Assembly (NCBI RefSeq): GCF_012641475.1
Contig: NZ_JABAIL010000011.1
Span: 75,384-107,383, forward strand
Direction of reading: 5' to 3'
Origin: Flammeovirga agarivorans
GTDB taxonomy: Bacteria > Bacteroidota > Bacteroidia > Cytophagales > Flammeovirgaceae
DNA: 32,000 nt
Shown here one piece after another: positions 20,691 through 28,842 of the stretch. The number at the start of each line of letters is the position of its first letter. Within the stretch, counting starts at the first letter, position 1. Position numbers and translations under genes: made by a program. The notes under the pieces were generated by a model. The model made no database searches. It was not told the DNA's origin and was given only the letters and a program-made list of their open reading frames with translations.

Positions 20691-23600
20691 ATGAAATTAA
20701 ACTTTACACACCTCTCCAATAAGTCATTGCGCTTATTGATGGTTATTGGGTTGTTTATGTGCTCATTGAGTTCATATGCACAAAATAGAATCATCAAAGG
20801 TCATGTTACTGATGAAACAGGGAGTGGCACACCAGGCGTTAACATTGTTATTACGGGAACAACAATAGGTACTGTAACAGACATTAGTGGTAATTTTGCT
20901 TTGGAAGTGGCCAATGGAAACACCATTGAATTCCGATACATTGGTTATGTTACTCAGACATTAGAAGTAGTAGCTTCAAGAGATGAATACAATGTTCAGT
21001 TACAAGTGGATGCTCAAGAATTGGAGGAAATTGTAGTCGTTGGTTACGGTGTCCAAAAGAAGAGTGATTTATCCAGTGCGGTTTCTACAGTAAAAGCCGA
21101 TGAAGCTAACAAGATTGCAGCAGCCTCTTCTGCTTCTATGTTACAAGGTAGAACTTCTGGTGTATCCGTAATCAATGGAGGAGCTCCAGGTACGACACCT
21201 TATATCAAAATTAGAGGGATGTCCTCTTTTGGTGATGTGCAACCTTTATTTGTGATTGACGGAATCCCTGGCGGTGATATTTCTATGATTAACCCCGATG
21301 ATATCGCATCTTTTGAAATTCTTAAAGATGGTGCTGCTGCAGCAATCTACGGTTCGTTAGCAGCAAACGGGGTAGTATTAGTTACTACAAAATCAGGAAA
21401 GAAAAACCAGAAGATGAAGATCGATTTCAATATGTATTCTGGTATCCAAAAAGCAACCAATCAGTTACCAATGGCTAACTCTGAAGAATGGTATTCTATT
21501 ATGAACCAATCTTACAATAATTCTATTGCAGATGGATCATTAGCGGAGTCAGCAAAGCCTGCTTATTTACAGGCAGGTTCTGGATTTGATTTAAATAACT
21601 ATGCTAACACCGATTGGCAAAATGAGACTTTACAAACAGGTATTATCCAAAATTATTCATTAGGAATGTCTGGTGGTGGAGAGTCATCAAATTATAACTT
21701 CTCGATGAACTACTTTAACCAAGATGGGGTAGTGATCAATACAGGTACTGAAAGATATAACTTCAGATATAAATCGACTTTCGAAAAAGGTAATTTGAAG
21801 ATTTCACCAAATATTATTTATACGCATACGGTAACAGATAACAATACAATGAGTATGTCAAATATGCAAAAGGCATTACCATTGGTTGCTGTAAATGATC
21901 CATCAAAAGAGTCAGGTTACGGTTATATTAATGAGTATGATATTCGTAGTGGAGCTAATCCTGTAGGCCAATCGGAAATCATCAATTCACAAGACACAAA
22001 AGATCAGTTGCAAGCGAATTTGGGATTAAACTATCAGTTTAGCGATCATTTCTTTGCAATGGGTAATTTAGGTTACACTAAGAATTTCTTCCAAAATAGA
22101 TATTATGCTCCTGCATATGTTCTTGCTTCAGATACGCAAAGACAAGATCCTTACTTAAGTGAATACCGTTCAGATTGGAGTGATTTAAACTATGACTTCA
22201 CATTGAACTATATGAATACTTTTGGTAAGCACAGTGTATCAGCCATGGCCGGTATTGTTGGATACAAGTACGACTATCAAAATATTGATATGAATGTAAC
22301 AGGAGGAGCGATGTTCCCTGACTTTGGAGGATTAAATCCATCTTTTGGAGGTATGGCTTCTGGTGATTTCATTGGTGCAGGTGGATTCCAAACAGTCACT
22401 CGTTTCAGTTACATGACAAGGTTAAACTATAGCTACGATGATCGTTATTTAGTACAAGCGACAGTAAGAACAGATGGTTCGTCTAAGTTTGGAGAAAACA
22501 ACCGTTGGGGTACTTTCCCATCCGTTTCAGCGGCTTGGAAAATCCATAATGAAGAGTTCTTCGGTGGTATGACAGACATCTTCTCTGAACTAAAACTTAG
22601 AGGTTCATATGGTATCTTAGGTAGAGAAACTACATTGGATGCTTACTCTCGTCAGGCTTTAGTAGAGAATGGCTTCTGGTATGTTTGGGGTGGTCAGCCT
22701 GTAGGTGGTATCGGTTCTTTTGAAATGGCCAATCCAGACTTAGCATGGGAACAATCAAAAACGATGAATATTGGTTTAGACTTTGGTTTATTAGAGGATA
22801 AGATCTACGGTACTTTCAATTACTATGAAAATAACTCGGAATCATTATTAATGGAAGAACCAAATACACCTCCTTCTTCAGGTGTTGAACCTCCAATTGT
22901 CAACCTAGGAACAATTTCTAACAGAGGTATTGAGATTGAGTTAGGATACAGAGGAGCAGTTGGTGATTTTAAATATGATGTAAAGGGTAACATCACAACG
23001 ATCAAAAATGAAGTAGTATCGTTAGGTGGTTCAGACGCAATGCTTCCGGGTAATGATATTGCCTACACAGGTGCACAGACGTTTTCTGCAGTAGGCGCAT
23101 CCGCTTCTCAGTTTTACATGTACAAAACAAATGGAATCTTCCAAACTCAAGAGCAAATTGATAACTATGTTGGACCTGAGGGTACTCCAATTCAGCCTAA
23201 TGCCCAACCAGGTGATGTTATCTATGTAGACGTTAACGGAGACGGCATGATCGATTCACAAGATATCACAGATGTTGGATCGCCATTACCTACTTTAGAA
23301 TATGGCTTAAATCTAGGATTCTCTTATAAAGGTTGGGACATGTCGATGTTCTTCCAAGGGGTGTCTGGAAATAAGATTCTTAACGTCAATAGATATGAAA
23401 TGGAAGCAGCCAACAATGGCTTTAACGTATCCTCTGACCTAATGAATGCTTGGACACCAACAAACACAAATACAGATATTCCAAGAAATGTTCAGGTAGA
23501 CAATAACAATAACTATATGATGTCAGATAGATTCTTAGAAGACGGTTCTTACTTCCGTTTAAAGAACATCCAAATTGGGTACTCTTTACCAAAATCTACT

Positions 23601-23783
23601 TTAGCTAAAATGAAGGTGGAGAAATTAAGAATTTATGTAAATGCGGATAACTTGTTTACGATCACAGATTATTCAGGGTATGATCCAGAAATTGTTCCTA
23701 CTGATGCACTAACACAAGGTGTAGACTACGGAAACTATCCAATGTATCAGACCTTTACAGCGGGTGTACAAGTTACTTTCTAA
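20691..23783 (+). CDS. SusC-like TonB-dependent outer-membrane transporter
   Basis: Signal peptide from the ATG at 20691. Carboxypeptidase-regulatory-like N-domain (IIKGHVTDETGSGTPGVNIVITGT). TonB box/plug region EEIVVVGYGVQKK. C-terminal beta-barrel ending in ...FTAGVQVTF. There is no STN domain. Confidence 0.9.
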   Translation: MKLNFTHLSNKSLRLLMVIGLFMCSLSSYAQNRIIKGHVTDETGSGTPGVNIVITGTTIGTVTDISGNFALEVANGNTIEFRYIGYVTQTLEVVASRDEYNVQLQVDAQELEEIVVVGYGVQKKSDLSSAVSTVKADEANKIAAASSASMLQGRTSGVSVINGGAPGTTPYIKIRGMSSFGDVQPLFVIDGIPGGDISMINPDDIASFEILKDGAAAAIYGSLAANGVVLVTTKSGKKNQKMKIDFNMYSGIQKATNQLPMANSEEWYSIMNQSYNNSIADGSLAESAKPAYLQAGSGFDLNNYANTDWQNETLQTGIIQNYSLGMSGGGESSNYNFSMNYFNQDGVVINTGTERYNFRYKSTFEKGNLKISPNIIYTHTVTDNNTMSMSNMQKALPLVAVNDPSKESGYGYINEYDIRSGANPVGQSEIINSQDTKDQLQANLGLNYQFSDHFFAMGNLGYTKNFFQNRYYAPAYVLASDTQRQDPYLSEYRSDWSDLNYDFTLNYMNTFGKHSVSAMAGIVGYKYDYQNIDMNVTGGAMFPDFGGLNPSFGGMASGDFIGAGGFQTVTRFSYMTRLNYSYDDRYLVQATVRTDGSSKFGENNRWGTFPSVSAAWKIHNEEFFGGMTDIFSELKLRGSYGILGRETTLDAYSRQALVENGFWYVWGGQPVGGIGSFEMANPDLAWEQSKTMNIGLDFGLLEDKIYGTFNYYENNSESLLMEEPNTPPSSGVEPPIVNLGTISNRGIEIELGYRGAVGDFKYDVKGNITTIKNEVVSLGGSDAMLPGNDIAYTGAQTFSAVGASASQFYMYKTNGIFQTQEQIDNYVGPEGTPIQPNAQPGDVIYVDVNGDGMIDSQDITDVGSPLPTLEYGLNLGFSYKGWDMSMFFQGVSGNKILNVNRYEMEAANNGFNVSSDLMNAWTPTNTNTDIPRNVQVDNNNNYMMSDRFLEDGSYFRLKNIQIGYSLPKSTLAKMKVEKLRIYVNADNLFTITDYSGYDPEIVPTDALTQGVDYGNYPMYQTFTAGVQVTF

Positions 23784-23803
23784 TCACTAAATACGAACAG
23801 ACA

Positions 23804-25246
23804 ATGAAAAAATTATCAATATATATATTCGCTTTTGTAGCACTATTTTCATTAGGTGCCTGTGATAATTACTTAGATCAAGAATCACCGGATCAACCTA
23901 CAACGGATCAGGTATGGCAAAGCTATGAGGCAGCGGAAAAATACTTGGCTTCAGCTTACTCATACATTTCAGCCAATGGCTGGAGATACCATGAGTACTA
24001 TTACCTACCACAAAACTTTAGAGCGGACGACCTATTTCCTGAAAACGGAACAACAGCATGGTCTTATTTAGCTAGAATTGTTGGCTTTAATAATACAGCT
24101 TCGGACGGTGTACCATCTGAGTTGTGGACGAATTGGTACAAAGGGGTGAAGTTAGCGAATGATGTTATCGCCAATGTTCCAGAAATGGAAATGCTTTCCG
24201 AAGACGAAAAGAACGAATTAGTTGCTGAAGCAAAATACCTAAGAGGCTTCTACTTCTTGAATTTACAGATGAATTTCCATGCGATCATTATGCCTGTAAC
24301 TGTAGCAGAAAGTTCTGAAGATCTTCAGTTAGGAACATCTACAAAGCAACAGGTATTTGATCAAGTAGTAGAAGATCTTGCTTTTGCTGCCCAACATTTA
24401 CCTTCAGATTGGGATGCAGACCAATGGGGAAGAGCAACAAAACATGCTGCAAATGCATTTTTAGGTAAGGCACACCTTTATATGGGTAATTACCAAAATG
24501 CTGTGGAAGCGTTCAATAAAATTTCAGGACATGACCTAGTGGATGGTGATCAATATAGAGGAATGTTTGATGGAACATTGGAGCAAAATATTGAGGTATT
24601 ATTTTCTAGAGGCTATACTGAGGAGCAAATGGATGCATTAGGATTGTATCATCAAATTGGTGTAGCAATGGCTCCTGGCGATCTTCAAGGGGGCTGGAAT
24701 ATGGCAAGTGTATCAAATTATTTTATGAATCAGTTAGAGGCTGGTGATGTAAGAAAAGCGGCATCTGTATTAGAGCATGGTGAAGAATTTGATGGTCAAA
24801 CTATTGAATTTTTAAACCCTGAATTTAAGATGAGCATTAAATATGTGGAATCTTTAGAATCGATTTCTATTAACCGTTCTGTGGTAGATATTATTCTAAT
24901 GCGTTATGCTGATGTTCTTTTAATGCAGGCAGAAGCAAATTACGAATTAGGTAATGAAGGAGTAGCTTTAAACTTAGTCAACAGAATTAGAAATAGAGCT
25001 GGATTAGCAAATTCAAATGCATCAGGTACTGATTTAAGAGATGAAATCAGAAAGCAAAGAATGATTGAACTCATCGGTGAAAATTCGAGATATTATGATC
25101 TGGTACGTTGGGGAATCGTTAAAGAGCAATTAGAAATGGCTCAACAACCTTATGCACAAAACCATGAAGAAAAACATAATTTTTTTCCAATCCCATTAGA
25201 GGAAGTACAAAGAAATCCAAATGTTGAACCAACCCCTGGTTTCTAA
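23804..25246 (+). CDS. SusD/RagB-family outer-membrane glycan-binding lipoprotein
   Basis: Lipobox SLGAC. SusD-like C-terminal motifs: DVLLMQAEANYELGN, RMIELIGENSRYYDLVRWG, FFPIPLEEVQRNPN. It lies immediately downstream of the SusC-like gene. Confidence 0.9.
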   Translation: MKKLSIYIFAFVALFSLGACDNYLDQESPDQPTTDQVWQSYEAAEKYLASAYSYISANGWRYHEYYYLPQNFRADDLFPENGTTAWSYLARIVGFNNTASDGVPSELWTNWYKGVKLANDVIANVPEMEMLSEDEKNELVAEAKYLRGFYFLNLQMNFHAIIMPVTVAESSEDLQLGTSTKQQVFDQVVEDLAFAAQHLPSDWDADQWGRATKHAANAFLGKAHLYMGNYQNAVEAFNKISGHDLVDGDQYRGMFDGTLEQNIEVLFSRGYTEEQMDALGLYHQIGVAMAPGDLQGGWNMASVSNYFMNQLEAGDVRKAASVLEHGEEFDGQTIEFLNPEFKMSIKYVESLESISINRSVVDIILMRYADVLLMQAEANYELGNEGVALNLVNRIRNRAGLANSNASGTDLRDEIRKQRMIELIGENSRYYDLVRWGIVKEQLEMAQQPYAQNHEEKHNFFPIPLEEVQRNPNVEPTPGF

Positions 25247-25265
25247 TATTCTCAATAGAATAAAT

Positions 25266-25309
25266 AAAAACTCCCTGATCTCTACTTATGGAAATCAGGG
25301 AGTTTTTTT
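25266..25309. terminator. Bidirectional rho-independent terminator between convergent genes
   Basis: aaaaa-ctccctgat (25271-25279) pairs with atcagggag (25294-25302), followed by ttttttt. The A-run and T-run flanks would let it work on both strands. Confidence 0.75.
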
Positions 25310-26321
25310 ATTTCAAGATAGCTTCAATCTTTTCCAATTCTTCGTCCGAAAATTGAAGTTGTGATAGACTTCCAATATTTTCTTCCAACTGATGTGGTGA
25401 ACTGGCACCTACAAGAACGGTTGTCACAGACGGATTATTGAGTAACCAAGCAATAGCCATTTGTGATAGCTTTTGCCCCCTTTCCAATGCGATTTGGTGT
25501 AATGCTTTAATTTGATCCAGGTTATTTTCTACTGCTTCTAAGTTGAGATATGTATTGTTTTTCTTCGCTCTTGAATCATCTGGAATACCATTGACATACT
25601 TGTTTGTAAGCATGCCTTGAGCCAAAGGAGAAAAAACAATCGACCCCACATTTAATTCACTTAATTTCGGCATTAAGGCAGATTCAACTTCTCTTTCAAA
25701 CATAGAATATTTTGATTGATGGATTAATAGAGGAGTACCCATCTCTCGCAACATATTTGATGCCTTTTCTGTGTCTTCTGGACTATAGCGAGATAAACCT
25801 ATATATAGTGCCTTTCCTTGTTTTACAATTTGTGATAAAGCACTCATCGTTTCTTCTAAAGGGGTTTCTGGATCTGGTCTATGATGATAAAATACATCTA
25901 CATACTCCAATCCCATCCTTTTTAAGCTTTGATCTAAACTAGCTATTAGGTACTTCTTAGATCCCCAATTGCCATAAGGACCAGGCCACATATCATACCC
26001 TGCTTTTGTGGCAATAAATAGTTCATCTCTATAACTTTTGAAATCCATATTGAGGATCCTACCAAAGTTTTCTTCAGCAGATCCATAAGGAGGCCCATAG
26101 TTATTGGCTAGGTCTAAATGTGTGATACCTAGATCGAATGCTTTTCTAAGAATGTTTCTTGCATTACCAAAGTGGTCATTATAACCGAAGTTGTGCCACA
26201 AGCCTAAAGAGATCTTTGGCAATAAAATACCACTGTTTCCACAACGTTGATACTCCATTTTCTCGTATCGGTTTTCATTGGGAAGGTATGGAGTAACAGG
26301 GGCTTTATCAGATATGTTCAT
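25308..26321 (-). CDS. Aldo/keto reductase (YghZ / Kv-beta-like AKR family)
   Basis: 337 aa. AKR motifs: GITHLDLANNYG, HRPDPETP, IGLSRYS, LAQGMLT. Typical length for this family. Confidence 0.8.
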   Translation of the reverse strand: MNISDKAPVTPYLPNENRYEKMEYQRCGNSGILLPKISLGLWHNFGYNDHFGNARNILRKAFDLGITHLDLANNYGPPYGSAEENFGRILNMDFKSYRDELFIATKAGYDMWPGPYGNWGSKKYLIASLDQSLKRMGLEYVDVFYHHRPDPETPLEETMSALSQIVKQGKALYIGLSRYSPEDTEKASNMLREMGTPLLIHQSKYSMFEREVESALMPKLSELNVGSIVFSPLAQGMLTNKYVNGIPDDSRAKKNNTYLNLEAVENNLDQIKALHQIALERGQKLSQMAIAWLLNNPSVTTVLVGASSPHQLEENIGSLSQLQFSDEELEKIEAILK

Positions 26322-26470
26322 TTCAGGGACTTTGTAATTTATTTCTAATTGGTATTAAGTATTCTAATTTCACTATTAGTTTTTTAATTAAAAAGAGATA
26401 GTCAATAGATTATCTAATCTCTATGATCTAGAGTGATGTCGTTTGTTTAATACAAAGTAGATCTACAGTG

Positions 26471-26830
26471 CTATAATGTTACAATTCTACATTGTTCAAA
26501 ATTCTCCTCTTCAAACGTATCGAAAGTCCAATCACTTAAAGCTTTTAATACAGGTAACAAACCTTTCCCTTTTTCAGATAGCGAATATTCGACTCTAGGT
26601 GGTACCTCAGGGTATTTAGTTCTAATGATTAACCCGTCTTCCTCCAGCTCTTTTAATTGTTCAGTCAATACCTTTTTAGATATAGTAGGGGTAAACATCA
26701 AAAGTTTACCAAATCGCATACTTCCATTTGCTAATAAATAAAGAATTATTGGCTTCCACTTCCCTCCAATAACGTTCATTGCATAGACTAATGAACACAT
26801 ATTTGGATTGTCAATCACTTTTCTTCCCAT
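26471..26830 (-). CDS. HxlR-family (DUF24/YodB-like) winged-helix transcriptional regulator
   Basis: 119 aa. C-x8-GGKWK-x4-L motif, RFGKL, and EVPPRVEYSLSEKG wing. A Cys sits upstream of the GGKW motif, as in thiol-sensing members. Confidence 0.85.
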   Translation of the reverse strand: MGRKVIDNPNMCSLVYAMNVIGGKWKPIILYLLANGSMRFGKLLMFTPTISKKVLTEQLKELEEDGLIIRTKYPEVPPRVEYSLSEKGKGLLPVLKALSDWTFDTFEEENFEQCRIVTL

Positions 26831-26875
26831 AGGTTACATTTTGGTTACCACTATTTTTTTAGAATTCAACTTTAA

Positions 26876-26917
26876 TAGTTTCAAATATAAACTATTGATA
26901 GTTTCTTTGTGAAACTA
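26876..26917. promoter_or_regulatory. Two tandem inverted repeats (candidate HxlR operators) in the divergent promoter region
   Basis: IR1 is TAGTTT-caaatat-AAACTA (26876-26894). IR2 is TAGTTTC-tttgt-GAAACTA (26899-26917). Their centres are 23 bp apart. Confidence 0.5.
26882..26889 (-). promoter_or_regulatory. Bacteroidota-type -7 box (TAnnTTTG) for the hxlR-like gene
   Basis: The minus strand reads TATATTTG exactly. It lies 52 nt upstream of the ATG at 26830 and inside IR1. Confidence 0.4.
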
Positions 26918-26940
26918 AAATACAAAACAATTTTAAAGAC

Positions 26941-27537
26941 ATGAAGAAAATATTAATAATTAACGGACATCAGTACTACGAATTCTCTGAGGGTAAGTTG
27001 AATGCATCTTTTATTGAAAAGGCAAAAACGATTTTAAACGAAGAAAACTTCGAAATAAAAGAAACAGCTGCATCAGAAAAATATGATGTAAAAGAGGAGG
27101 TTGAGAAATTTATCTGGGCGGATATTGTCTTTGTACAAACCCCTTTAAATTGGATGAGTGTATCATGGAGTTTTAAGAAATACTTGGATGATGTTCTTAC
27201 ACTAGGAATGATGGGTAGTATGTCGAAAGGTGATGGTAGAACTTCGGAGAACCCTAAAAACAATTATGGCCTTGGTGGGTTATTGGAAGGTAAATATATG
27301 TTTTCTGTCACAGCAAATGCCCCAAAAGAAGCCTTTAATAACCCTGATGAAAAATTCTTTAATGGAATCTCAGAGGATGATTTATTACTTCCTATGCATT
27401 TGAATTTTAAATGGTTTGGACTAGAACCCCTTGCCACTTTCTTTTCTTATGATGTGATGAAAAACCCTGAAGTTGAAAATGATTTTATACGTTTCGAAAA
27501 TCATATTAAAGAAGAATTAATCAATAAATCAAAGTAA
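26941..27537 (+). CDS. mdaB: NAD(P)H-dependent quinone oxidoreductase, MdaB-like flavodoxin fold
   Basis: Collinear with E. coli MdaB as I recall it: ILIINGH..., YDVKEEVEKFIWADIVF, KKYLDDV, DGRT, YGLGGLLEGKYM, APKEAF. 198 aa. Confidence 0.8.
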   Translation: MKKILIINGHQYYEFSEGKLNASFIEKAKTILNEENFEIKETAASEKYDVKEEVEKFIWADIVFVQTPLNWMSVSWSFKKYLDDVLTLGMMGSMSKGDGRTSENPKNNYGLGGLLEGKYMFSVTANAPKEAFNNPDEKFFNGISEDDLLLPMHLNFKWFGLEPLATFFSYDVMKNPEVENDFIRFENHIKEELINKSK

Positions 27538-27546
27538 AAGAGCATT

Positions 27547-28194
27547 ATGGAACTTCAAAAAAGCTTAGACCGTTTAAAAGCGAAAATAGAAGGAGGCATG
27601 CCAGAAGAGTATGTCAAAATTATGCACCAAGCGACAAAGGACCTTGAAGATTCAGGCATTGGTGAAGGAATTTTAAAAGTAGGAGAAAAAGCTCCAATAT
27701 TTTCCTTACCTAATCAGGAAGGCGAGCTTGTTTCAAGCGAAGAATTATTAAAGAATGGACCACTAGTATTAACCTTTTATAGAGGAGTGTGGTGTCCTTA
27801 CTGTAACACAGATTTGGCCTACCTTAATAAATTTTCTAAGGAAATCTCTGAACTAAAAGGAACAATTGTTAGCATCTCTCCTCAGATTGCTGATAACAAT
27901 AAATTAATAGTAGAAAGACAACGTTTAAACTATGATCTACTAAGCGATAAGGGGAATGAGGTGGCAGAACAGTTTGGGCTAAGATGGGAATTACAAGAAC
28001 CATTAAAGTCTTTGTATAATGATCAATTCAATATAAATCTGCCTGCTTATAATGGTGAAGACTCTTGGTCATTGCCGGTACCTGCTCGATTTATCGTCAA
28101 CCAAGATGGAATTATCGTTTACGCTGAATATTCAGTGGATTATACTAAAAGACCTAACTCGGATGTACTAATCGATGAGTTGAAAAAGTTATAG
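27547..28194 (+). CDS. Peroxiredoxin-like / AhpC-TSA family thiol-disulfide protein (PRX_like2 type, WCPYC)
   Basis: Thioredoxin-fold pattern: APIFSLPNQEGELVS...LVLTFYRGVWCPYCN...ISPQ. It starts 10 nt after the mdaB-like stop. Confidence 0.75.
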   Translation: MELQKSLDRLKAKIEGGMPEEYVKIMHQATKDLEDSGIGEGILKVGEKAPIFSLPNQEGELVSSEELLKNGPLVLTFYRGVWCPYCNTDLAYLNKFSKEISELKGTIVSISPQIADNNKLIVERQRLNYDLLSDKGNEVAEQFGLRWELQEPLKSLYNDQFNINLPAYNGEDSWSLPVPARFIVNQDGIIVYAEYSVDYTKRPNSDVLIDELKKL

Positions 28195-28211
28195 TTCAAT
28201 AAACTTTACGG

Positions 28212-28256
28212 CTTAAGAAAATGGTTCATCTTTCAAGTAGGAATCGTTTTCTTAAG
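28212..28256. terminator. Large-loop hairpin between convergent genes (possible bidirectional terminator)
   Basis: cttaagaaaa (28212-28221) and ttttcttaag (28247-28256) form a perfect 10-bp stem with a 25-nt loop, followed by tttt. Confidence 0.4.
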
Positions 28257-28258
28257 TT

Positions 28259-28699
28259 TTATTCTGCTCCTCTTATTTCTGCCATTCTCATGGGCATGCT
28301 ATCTATTTTTCGGCAAAGGTCCTCGTAAGTGAATAGATCATTTTGCATTAATTTTACTCCGTTATCCAAACCTATTAAGACTACTTCAAAGTCGGATTTA
28401 GAAGTTAGCTTTAGTTGTGGATTAGAGAGCGTTTTCCATTCTGATAAATGGCAATCTGAAGTATAATCTGTGATCCTATATTTACCACCAACTATTTCAA
28501 AAAGTACAATTTTCCTTTCTGCTAATCCATCTTCATTTCCTTGAAATTCTTTCAACTGTTTTTGAAACTTGTGATGAGTTAAACTGATTGATTTTACAAT
28601 AATTATTCTATTGTCCCATCGATACTTTTTAAGATCTTGAGCACTTAGTATTAATGAAGTTAGCATAATCAATAGGGTAGTGGTAACGATTTTAATCAT
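28259..28699 (-). CDS. DUF4174-like secreted protein
   Basis: Signal peptide present. The pattern YRWDNRIIIV...ERKIVLFEIV...FEVVLIGLDNGVKL...IDSMPMRMAEIR matches my recollection of DUF4174. Confidence 0.6.
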   Translation of the reverse strand: MIKIVTTTLLIMLTSLILSAQDLKKYRWDNRIIIVKSISLTHHKFQKQLKEFQGNEDGLAERKIVLFEIVGGKYRITDYTSDCHLSEWKTLSNPQLKLTSKSDFEVVLIGLDNGVKLMQNDLFTYEDLCRKIDSMPMRMAEIRGAE

Positions 28700-28785
28700 G
28701 ATATTAAAGCAGGTTTCTATTCTTAATAATCATAAGAATAAAATAATGTTTTAAATGGGAGTACAAATCAAGATTTCACTAAAAT

Positions 28786-28826
28786 AAAAAAGCACCACCG
28801 ATGATACTACATCGATGGTGCTTTTT
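28786..28826 (-). terminator. Rho-independent terminator downstream of the Zn-ribbon SDR gene
   Basis: Stem of about 13 bp (agcaccaccgatg / catcgatggtgct, one mismatch) with a 6-nt loop. A/T runs flank both sides. Confidence 0.7.
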
Positions 28827-28842
28827 GTATTACAATATGATT

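Noticed and set aside
26457-26466. Perfect 10-bp palindrome GTAGATCTAC just after the hxlR-like stop
   Set aside because: It is too short to form a hairpin with no loop, it contains a BglII-type site, and it is unrelated to the TAGTTT/AAACTA repeats. It is probably chance.
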